From positions 9,209 to 73,208 of the IMG/VR virus record IMGVR_UViG_3300038393_003172: DNA of 64,000 nucleotides. One strand, given 5' to 3'. The stretch's first letter is position 1. The number at the start of each line of letters is the position of its first letter. The notes under the pieces are model-generated. The model saw only the letters and a program-made list of their open reading frames with translations, had not been told where the DNA came from and did not search any database. Origin of the DNA: a virus. A program made the position numbers and the translations under genes. Shown piece by piece: positions 57,121 to 64,000 of this stretch.

Positions 57121-57524
57121 GCGATATCGAAAAGAAGGGGCCGGGCCGCCCCGCCTACGAGCCCACCGAAAAGGAACGCCGCCAGGTCAAGACCCTCTCT
57201 GGCATGGGCATCCCGGACTACGAGATTGCCAAGGTCATGCAGGTGTCCGAGCCGACGCTGCGCAAGTACTTCGCACATGAACTGGACATAGGCCACATCG
57301 AGGCCAACGCCCAGGTGGCACAGAGCCTGTTCAGGCAGGCCACGCACGCGGAGAAGCCGAACGTGGCCGCCACGATCTTCTGGCTCAAGTGCCGCGCCGG
57401 CTGGAAGGAGGCCGAGCACGCGCCGCTTGGCAAGAAGGAGCAGCGGGAACTTGACGCGCAGACCGCCGAGCAAGGGACCGGCTGGGAGGACTTGCTTTCT
57501 CCCCCCGGCGCACGGGTGCAGTGA
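57117..57524 (+). CDS. Terminase small subunit
   Basis: GRP.Y.PT, IA......PTLRKYF..EL, LGKKEQ, W.DLL; directly upstream of the large subunit. Confidence 0.85.
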   Translation: MSDIEKKGPGRPAYEPTEKERRQVKTLSGMGIPDYEIAKVMQVSEPTLRKYFAHELDIGHIEANAQVAQSLFRQATHAEKPNVAATIFWLKCRAGWKEAEHAPLGKKEQRELDAQTAEQGTGWEDLLSPPGARVQ

Positions 57525-57538
57525 CCGGCTCGTAGGGA

Positions 57539-59206
57539 ATGGCCTGGGACCTGTCCTGCCCGGATTGGCAGGACCGTATCAGGGAGGGGCGCTCGCTGCT
57601 TCCCACGCTGCCGCTGATCCAGTCGGAGGCGAACAGGGCGGTGGCGATCTTCAACCGCCTGAGGCTGCCAGATGTGCCGGGCACGCCGACGATGGAGAAG
57701 GCGGCCGGCGACTGGCAGCGGGACCTGGTGCGCGCGCTGTTCGGCAGCTACGACCCGGCCAGCGGCGAGCGGCACATCCGCGAAGCCTTCACGCTGGTTC
57801 CAAAGAAGAACTCAAAAACGACTGGTGGAGCCGCCATCATGGTCACGGCCATGCTGATGAGCCGCCGGCCGCGGGCGGAATTCCTGATGGTCGCGCCGAC
57901 TCTGGAGATCGCTGACCTCGCCTTCAACCAGGCGCTTGGCATGATCGAGTCGGACCCTGTGCTGCAGGTGAAGTGCAAGCCGCAGCCGCACCTGAAGCGC
58001 ATCACGTACTTGCCCACGGGCTGTTTCCTCAAGGTGAAGTCCTTCGACCCGAAGGTTGTCACGGGGTCAAAGCCTGCTGGGGTCTTGCTGGATGAGGTCC
58101 ACGTTATCGCCGAGGCGCACGACGCTGACCGCGTGATCGGCCAGCTCCGCGGCGGCCTGATTTCTCAGCCCGAAGCGTTCCTGGCGATGATCACCACGCA
58201 GTCGGAGCGCCCGCCGGCCGGGGTGTTCAAGGCCGAGCTGACGAAGGCGCGCGCGGTGCGCGACGGCAAGCTGAAGAATGCCGGCCTGCTGCCGCTGCTG
58301 TACGAGTTTCCCGAAGGCGTCGATTGGCGCGACTCGGCGAACTGGCACATGGTCACGCCCAACCGCGGGCTGTCGATCACGGTCGAACGGTTGATCCCGG
58401 ACTACGAAAAGGCCGTGGTCGCGGGTGAGGAAGAACTGCGGCGCTGGGCCAGCCAGCACCTGAACGTCGAGATTGGCCTGGCGCTGCGCAGCGACAGATG
58501 GGCCGGCGCCGATTTTTGGGAGCGGTGCGCTGACAAGGTTCTGACTCTTGATGAGCTGATGGACCGCAGCGAGGTGTGCGTCGTCGGCATAGACGGCGGC
58601 GGCCTGGACGACCTGCTGGGCCTGAACGTGCTGGGGCGCTGCCGGGAGACGCGCCGCTGGCTGTCTTGGTCACACGCCTGGGCGCATGAAATCGCGCTGC
58701 AGCGGCGCTTGGAAATCGCCTCACGCCTGCGCGACTTCGAGGCCGCGGGCGAGCTGACCATCGTGGCCGTGCCCGGCGATGACGTGCAGGAGGTAGCCGA
58801 TGTGGTGTGCCGCATCCGCGACCGCGGCCTGCTGCCTGAGAAAAACGCCATCGGCGTCGATGCAGCTGGCATCGGCGACATCGTTGACGCGCTGACCGAC
58901 CCGAGCCGCGGCGACCCCGAGGCTATGGAGCAAATGATCATCGGCATCAGCCAGGGGTGGCGCTTGAACGGCGCCATCAAGACCGTTGAGCGCAAGTGCG
59001 CGGGCGGCGAGCTGGTGCATGGCGGCAGCACCCTGATGAATTGGTGCGTGGGCAACGCCCGCACAGAGGTACGAGGCAACGCCATCAGCGTGACGAAGCA
59101 GGCCAGCGGCACGGGGAAGATCGACCCGTTGATGGCCCTGTTCGATTCGGCCTCGCTCATGGCAATGAACCCCGTCGCCAGCGGCGGACAAAGCTTTTGG
59201 GAATAG
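57539..59206 (+). CDS. Terminase large subunit
   Basis: VPKKNSKTT (Walker A), LLDEVH, ITTQS, GIDGGGLDDL, KIDPLMA. Confidence 0.96.
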   Translation: MAWDLSCPDWQDRIREGRSLLPTLPLIQSEANRAVAIFNRLRLPDVPGTPTMEKAAGDWQRDLVRALFGSYDPASGERHIREAFTLVPKKNSKTTGGAAIMVTAMLMSRRPRAEFLMVAPTLEIADLAFNQALGMIESDPVLQVKCKPQPHLKRITYLPTGCFLKVKSFDPKVVTGSKPAGVLLDEVHVIAEAHDADRVIGQLRGGLISQPEAFLAMITTQSERPPAGVFKAELTKARAVRDGKLKNAGLLPLLYEFPEGVDWRDSANWHMVTPNRGLSITVERLIPDYEKAVVAGEEELRRWASQHLNVEIGLALRSDRWAGADFWERCADKVLTLDELMDRSEVCVVGIDGGGLDDLLGLNVLGRCRETRRWLSWSHAWAHEIALQRRLEIASRLRDFEAAGELTIVAVPGDDVQEVADVVCRIRDRGLLPEKNAIGVDAAGIGDIVDALTDPSRGDPEAMEQMIIGISQGWRLNGAIKTVERKCAGGELVHGGSTLMNWCVGNARTEVRGNAISVTKQASGTGKIDPLMALFDSASLMAMNPVASGGQSFWE

Positions 59207-59208
59207 GC

Positions 59209-59460
59209 ATGAGCATCGACACCACCCGCATCACCGCCGCTGCTGCACGCGCGGCGACCGGCGCGGCCAAGGCGCTGACGGCCACCGCCGCGTTCCTTGG
59301 CCGCCTCACGCCCGACGCGCTGGCGCTGGCCGGCGGCAGCCTGGTGAGCTACGGCGCGAGCCTGATCTACTTCCCCGCCGGCTTCATCGTCGGCGGCGCG
59401 CTGCTGAGCGCCGTTGGCGTCATCGGCGCGATCAACGCCAAGCGCAAGGCCGGCGAGTGA
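59209..59460 (+). CDS. Small membrane protein
   Basis: G.SLVSYG..LIY.PAGFI.GG; typical gene between terminase and portal. Confidence 0.75.
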   Translation: MSIDTTRITAAAARAATGAAKALTATAAFLGRLTPDALALAGGSLVSYGASLIYFPAGFIVGGALLSAVGVIGAINAKRKAGE

Positions 59461-60857
59461 GCTTCCTGGGCAGCCTGCTGCGCGGTCGCGGGCGCAGCGC
59501 CGCGCTCACGGCCGAGTCGTTCCCGGAGGGATTTTGGGAGTGCCTGGGCATCGGCCCCTCGGCAGCCGGCACAGACGTTAACTTCAAGACGGCGCTGCAG
59601 ACGATGGCGGTGCTGGGCTGCGTGCGGGTGCTGGCCGAGGGCGTTGGCCAAGTGCCGCTGAAGCTGTTCAAGGCACGCCGGGACGGGGGCAGCGACGTGG
59701 CCTTCGACCACCCGCTGTATCGGGTGCTGTACCGCCGGCCGAACCCCTGGCAAACGTCGCTCGAGTTCCGCGAAATGATGGTCGCGCACGTCGCGCTGGC
59801 CGGGCGCTTCGTGGCATTCAAGTCCGTAGCGAGCAGCGGGCGGATCATGGAGCTGATCCCCTTCCTGCCCAACGAGGTCAGCGTCGAGGTCGATACCCGG
59901 CGCAACGTCACCTACCGCGTGAGCAGTGAGATCACCGGCGAGTCCGCGGTGTTCCCCGCCGAGGCCATCTGGCATGTGAAGGGCCTGTCGTGGAACGGCT
60001 GGGATGGCCTGAAGCCGCTGCAGCTCGCGCGCGAGGCGGTTGGCCTGTCACTGGCCACCGAGAAGGCACACGCGCTGCTGCACGCCAATGGCGCCCAGCC
60101 GGGTGGCCTCTACAGCGTGGACGGCACGCTGGGCAAGGATCAGTACCAGGCGCTGCGGAACTGGATCACGCAGAACCTGTCGGGCGAGAACCGCTTCAAG
60201 CCGTTGATCTTGGACCGCGGGGCCAAGTTCATAACCACGGCCATGACGGGTGTCGATGCACAGCATCTGGAAACTCGCAAATTCCAGATCGAGGAAGTGT
60301 GCCGCGCCTTCCGCGTGTTCCCGCAGATGATCGGGTACAGCGACAAGACCAGCACCTTCGCCAGCGCCGAGGCGTTCTTCATTGCGCACGTCGTCCACAC
60401 GCTCATGCCGTGGTACGAGCGCATCGAGCAGAGCATCGACTGCAACCTGCTCACCGAGAAGGACGCGCGCGAGGGCATCTACGCGAAGTTCATCCCCAAC
60501 GCGCTGCTGCGCGGAACGGCCAAGGACCGCGCCGAGTTCTACAAGGCGCTGTGGGAAATGGGTGCGCTGTCGCCCAACGAAATCCGCGCGATGGAAGAAA
60601 TGAACCCCTACGAGGGGGGCGGCACCTACCGCGTGCAGTTGAACCTCACCGACGCGAGCAAGCCGACGCCCGACCCCGTGGCGCCGGCCGCAGCGGGCAA
60701 AGAAGAAAACGAGCCTCCCCAAAAGCCATCCCAGGCGCAGAAGGCGCGCGTGGCCGCCGGCCGCGTGCTGTCCGCGCGCAACGAGCGCCGCATCCGGGAT
60801 GCGCAGGACAGCCTTGAGCAAGTGCTCGGGGAACTCGACAAGCAAGAGCAGGAGTAG
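59457..60857 (+). CDS. HK97-family portal protein
   Basis: HPLY..L...PN.WQT..EF, NGA.PGG, DAQ.LETRKFQIEE.CR.F.V.P, NEIR..E..NP. Confidence 0.96.
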   Translation: MSFLGSLLRGRGRSAALTAESFPEGFWECLGIGPSAAGTDVNFKTALQTMAVLGCVRVLAEGVGQVPLKLFKARRDGGSDVAFDHPLYRVLYRRPNPWQTSLEFREMMVAHVALAGRFVAFKSVASSGRIMELIPFLPNEVSVEVDTRRNVTYRVSSEITGESAVFPAEAIWHVKGLSWNGWDGLKPLQLAREAVGLSLATEKAHALLHANGAQPGGLYSVDGTLGKDQYQALRNWITQNLSGENRFKPLILDRGAKFITTAMTGVDAQHLETRKFQIEEVCRAFRVFPQMIGYSDKTSTFASAEAFFIAHVVHTLMPWYERIEQSIDCNLLTEKDAREGIYAKFIPNALLRGTAKDRAEFYKALWEMGALSPNEIRAMEEMNPYEGGGTYRVQLNLTDASKPTPDPVAPAAAGKEENEPPQKPSQAQKARVAAGRVLSARNERRIRDAQDSLEQVLGELDKQEQE

Positions 60858-60861
60858 GGCC

Positions 60862-61827
60862 ATGCCCAAGCAACTCATTGACCTGGCCGCGCTTCCGATG
60901 CGGGCCATGAACCTCGCGCCGCGCGCGCTCGGCCCAGGTCATCTGCGGCTGGCGGCCGAGCAGGAAAACGAGGCCCGGCTGTACGTGTACGGCGACATCG
61001 GCGGCTGGTACGACGCCATCACCGCAGACAGCGTGGTGCGCGAGCTGGCAACGCTGGAGAGCGACACCGATCTGCATGCACACATCAACAGCCCAGGCGG
61101 CAGCGTGTTTGAAGGCATCGCCATCTACAACGCCCTGGCGATGCACAAGGGCAAGGTGATCGTCCACATCGATGGCATCGCGGCCAGCATCGCCAGCGTG
61201 ATTGCCATGGCCGGCGATGAAATCCACATCGGCGAGGCCGCCAGCTTCATGGTGCATTCGCCCTGGACCATCGTCGCAGCCAATGCCAAGGGCCTGCGCA
61301 AAGAGGCCGAGGTGCTGGACGTGCTGGAAGGCGGGCTGCTGGACATTTACGCCGGCCGTACCGGCGCCGACCGTGAGGCGCTCGCCAAGTGGCTGGACGA
61401 GGAAACGTGGTTCCGCGGCCAGGCTGCCGTGGATGCCGGCTTCGCCTCTGCCCTCGTACCGGCCAAAGGCAAGGACGGCGACGGCGACAAGAAGAAGGCG
61501 CTGCTTTCCCCCTCCTACCTGCAGCGCAGCGCCATGCTGCCGCTGTTCAAAAACACCCCCGTGGACCTCCTGCCTGCCGATGACGAAGGCACGCCGGAGG
61601 TACGCACCCTTGAGCGCCTTCTGCGTGATGCAGAAGGCCTCTCCGCAGCCCAGGCCAAGCGAGTCATCGCCATGACCCGGGCACTGCACACCGGGCCTCG
61701 CGACGAGTCTCGGCTACCCGCCCCTGCTGCCGCACCCGCTGCGCAGCCGGCGGCACAGGACCGCCGCGATGACGGTCTGTCCGAGCTGAAGCGCCTAACT
61801 GCCGCCCTGCGCGGCCAGCCCGCCTAA
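60862..61827 (+). CDS. ClpP-type head maturation protease
   Basis: INSPGGSVFEG, DGIAASIASVI, MVHSPW, ETW....AV..GFA. Confidence 0.94.
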   Translation: MPKQLIDLAALPMRAMNLAPRALGPGHLRLAAEQENEARLYVYGDIGGWYDAITADSVVRELATLESDTDLHAHINSPGGSVFEGIAIYNALAMHKGKVIVHIDGIAASIASVIAMAGDEIHIGEAASFMVHSPWTIVAANAKGLRKEAEVLDVLEGGLLDIYAGRTGADREALAKWLDEETWFRGQAAVDAGFASALVPAKGKDGDGDKKKALLSPSYLQRSAMLPLFKNTPVDLLPADDEGTPEVRTLERLLRDAEGLSAAQAKRVIAMTRALHTGPRDESRLPAPAAAPAAQPAAQDRRDDGLSELKRLTAALRGQPA

Positions 61828-61851
61828 GCACTCGTCCCCCCCAGCCCAACG

Positions 61852-61876
61852 AAGCCGCCCGCGAGGCGGCTTTTTG
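61852..61876 (+). terminator. Intrinsic terminator-like hairpin
   Basis: AAGCCGCC-CGCGA-GGCGGCTTTTT. Confidence 0.7.
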
Positions 61877-61897
61877 CATTTCAGAAAAGGAAACGTC

Positions 61898-63154
61898 ATG
61901 TCTGACGCCGTGAAAGAAGCCGTCGAGCAGGCCATGCACGCGGTCAAGGAACTGCGCGATAGCAACGACAAGCTGCTCGCCGGCAAGGCCGATGGCCAGG
62001 CCGTGTCCGACCTGCAGGCCAAGGTCGAGAAGATCAGCGATTCGCTGGACCGCTTCGAAAACATGAACCAGCAGCTCGTGGCGGCGCAGGCCACCACGAA
62101 GGCCCAGCAGGAGCAACTGGAAAAGCTGGAAGCGGCCATCCAGCGCGCCGCGCTGCCCGGCGCCGGCACGGGTGCGGACGAGAAGGCCGCGGCCAAGGAG
62201 ATGCAGAAGCTGTTCGACAAGCTGATGCGCACCCGCACCGAGGCCCGCGACCCGCAGGACGTGGTGAAGATCAAGCAGCACATGGCTGCGCTGGTCAAGG
62301 GCGACGACGCCAGCGCCGGCTACCTGCTGGCCCCGGCGGAAATCGAGCGCGCCATCCTGAAGGACGTGATCGAGCTGTCCCCGATCCGCCAGATCGCCAC
62401 GGTGCGCATCATCGGCGGCCCGTCCTACAAGTGGCGTCGCCGCATCGGCACGGGCTCGGCCACGCGCGTGGGTGAAATCCAGCCGCGCACCAACAGCCAA
62501 GACCCGCGCTACGGGATGGGAGAAATCCTGGCGCCCGAAATGATCGCGCGCCACGAGGTCAGCCAGCAAATGCTGGAGGACAGCGACTACGACCTGCTGG
62601 CCGAGCTGCGCGAGGAAGTCTCGGAGCAGATGGCCGTCAAGGAAGGCCAGGAGTGCATCAACGGCAACGGCTCCATCGCGCACCAGATGGAGGGCCTGCT
62701 GGTGGCCTCTGGCATCGGCGAGGTGGTCACGGGCGATGCCAACAAGATCACCGTCGAGGGCTACATCAACTGCTACCACGAGCTGAAGACCGTGTACGCG
62801 CGCACGGCTCAGTGGGCGCTGAACCGCAAGACGCTGCGTGACACGCGCAAGCTCAAGGACTCCACCGGCCAGTACCTGTGGGTGCCTGGCTTCGCCACCG
62901 CCACGCCCAACACCATTTTGGGCGCGACGTACGTCGAGTTCCCCGACCTGCCTGACATCACCGCCAACGCCTACCCGGTGTTGTTCGGCGACTTCAAGAA
63001 GGGCTACACGATCGTTGACCGTGTGGGGCTGGGATTCCTCGCCGACTACATCACCGGCGCCGATGACGGCCTGGTCGTGTACCGCGCGCGCAAGCGCGTG
63101 GGCGGCGGCGTGAAGCAGGCCGAGGCCATCAAGAAGCTGAAGATCAGCGCCTAA
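61898..63154 (+). CDS. HK97-fold major capsid protein
   Basis: Coiled-coil delta domain, GYL.P.E, SP.RQIA, SQQML.DS, KLKD..GQYLW, FGDFK.GY.IVDR, KRVGG. Confidence 0.96.
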   Translation: MSDAVKEAVEQAMHAVKELRDSNDKLLAGKADGQAVSDLQAKVEKISDSLDRFENMNQQLVAAQATTKAQQEQLEKLEAAIQRAALPGAGTGADEKAAAKEMQKLFDKLMRTRTEARDPQDVVKIKQHMAALVKGDDASAGYLLAPAEIERAILKDVIELSPIRQIATVRIIGGPSYKWRRRIGTGSATRVGEIQPRTNSQDPRYGMGEILAPEMIARHEVSQQMLEDSDYDLLAELREEVSEQMAVKEGQECINGNGSIAHQMEGLLVASGIGEVVTGDANKITVEGYINCYHELKTVYARTAQWALNRKTLRDTRKLKDSTGQYLWVPGFATATPNTILGATYVEFPDLPDITANAYPVLFGDFKKGYTIVDRVGLGFLADYITGADDGLVVYRARKRVGGGVKQAEAIKKLKISA

Positions 63155-63157
63155 GTG

Positions 63158-63186
63158 AAAAAGGCCCGCCCTGTGCGGGCTTTTTT
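63158..63186 (+). terminator. Intrinsic terminator
   Basis: GCCCGC-CCTGT-GCGGGC followed by TTTTTT. Confidence 0.8.
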
Positions 63187-63215
63187 GCATCCACGAATTC
63201 TTTGGAGTAGTTGCC

Positions 63216-63653
63216 ATGCGCGACCTCGTTTCCTGCATCGCCGCCGTGCCGGCGCTCAACGCCACGCTGTCTGCTGACGCCACCAGCGCCGCCATCGACC
63301 TCAAGGGCTTCGACAGCGCCGTCGTCGCCATCAGCGTCGGTGCGGGCGGCATCACCTTCAGTTCGTCCAACAAGATCGAATTTCTGCTGCTGCACTCCAG
63401 CGATGACGTCACCTATGTGCCCGTCACCGCCTCGGACGTGCGCCTGGGCCAGAACGCCGACGCCAGCGTGGGCACCGGCGGCATCGTGAAGTCGCTCGTC
63501 GCGGCGCACGCCGCGCTCGACGTGACCGAGGTGGGCTACATCGGCTGGCGCCGCTACCTGAAGGTGACTGCCGACTTCAGCGGCACCCACGGCGCCGGCA
63601 CGCCCATCTGCGTGAACGTCATCAAGGGCCATCCGGCCAGCGCCCCGGCCTAA
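63216..63653 (+). CDS. Putative capsid decoration/cement protein
   Basis: IDL.GF.S, HS.D, GYIG.RRY; follows the capsid gene. Confidence 0.7.
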   Translation: MRDLVSCIAAVPALNATLSADATSAAIDLKGFDSAVVAISVGAGGITFSSSNKIEFLLLHSSDDVTYVPVTASDVRLGQNADASVGTGGIVKSLVAAHAALDVTEVGYIGWRRYLKVTADFSGTHGAGTPICVNVIKGHPASAPA

Positions 63654-63682
63654 GCCGTCCGCACCTTCCGCCACCCACAAAT

Positions 63683-63705
63683 GGGCCGCCTTCGGGCGGC
63701 CTTTT
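63683..63705 (+). terminator. Intrinsic terminator
   Basis: GGCCGCC-TTCG-GGCGGCC followed by TTTT. Confidence 0.75.
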
Positions 63706-63727
63706 CCATTTTCTGGAGGCCGCACGC

Positions 63728-64000
63728 ATGGGCGCTCTTACCGACTACGCGCAGAACAAAGTGACGGACGCGCTGCGCCGCGGCCAGTCCCTCGGCGCAC
63801 CGACCACGCTCTACTTCGCCTTGCTCACTTGCACGAAGGGGGCGCGGGCAAACAGCACTGCGTACTCGTTGAACGACACCATCGCGGTGCAAGCCAACGA
63901 CAGCCGTTACCACCTCTACAAATGCACCACGGCCGGCACCTCTGCAGCGTCGCAGAGCACGCTGTATCCCGGCACGGCCGGCGAGTCCGTGACCGATGGC
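63728..64000 (+). CDS. Virion structural (fibre-like) protein, 3' end beyond the window
   Basis: Hand translation MGALTDYAQNKVTDAL.RGQ....PTTLYFALLT...YKCTTAGTS; GGAGG RBS. Confidence 0.75.
   Translation, partial: MGALTDYAQNKVTDALRRGQSLGAPTTLYFALLTCTKGARANSTAYSLNDTIAVQANDSRYHLYKCTTAGTSAASQSTLYPGTAGESVTDG

Larger units (their letters stand above)
1..64000. mobile_element. Temperate tailed phage/prophage, lambdoid organisation, HK97-type head; both ends lie outside the window
   Basis: RecT/YqaJ, CI-like repressor with operators, replication initiator, RusA, Q-like protein, terminase, portal, ClpP protease and capsid in canonical order; no host housekeeping operons. Confidence 0.97.

Noticed and set aside
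55321-63412. Long minus-strand ORFs opposite the head genes
   Set aside because: Antisense shadows of terminase, portal, protease and capsid genes
1-64000. Integrase/att sites, lysis cassette, reverse transcriptase (DGR/retron), transposases
   Set aside because: No recognisable motifs seen; they may lie outside the window

Overview
The whole window is a GC-rich temperate tailed phage or prophage of lambdoid layout, most likely infecting a Burkholderiales-type betaproteobacterium (inferred from GC content and gene families). No integrase, host flank, lysis or core tail genes are visible. Order: (1) leftward early operon, 1-19.5 kb, with HNH, RtcB, DHFR, C5 DNA methyltransferase, RecT/YqaJ and a vWA protein; (2) immunity region with a CI-like HTH, 20.2-21.1 kb; (3) rightward replication/nin-like region, 21.7-35.4 kb, with initiator, RusA and a Q-like protein; (4) an ~18 kb mostly leftward accessory island of ~35 small genes, 35.8-53.7 kb; (5) a low-complexity tract, a probable cos region and tRNA-like RNAs; (6) an HK97-type head module. 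The most unusual part is the island. Most of its distal genes are joined by a conserved intergenic element (CCCGCCTACCC followed by a GGAG RBS). Five of its promoters share a 17-bp palindromic operator, probably bound by an island-encoded KorC/Aca-like XRE protein. A second, genome-wide 15-bp operator (GTAGCGCSGCGCTAC) also marks it. It abuts ~485 bp with no AA, TT or GA dinucleotide next to the predicted genome end. I interpret this as a modular, doubly repressed, first-injected anti-defence/host-takeover cassette array; that function is inference. All family calls come from motif recognition by eye, not database searches.
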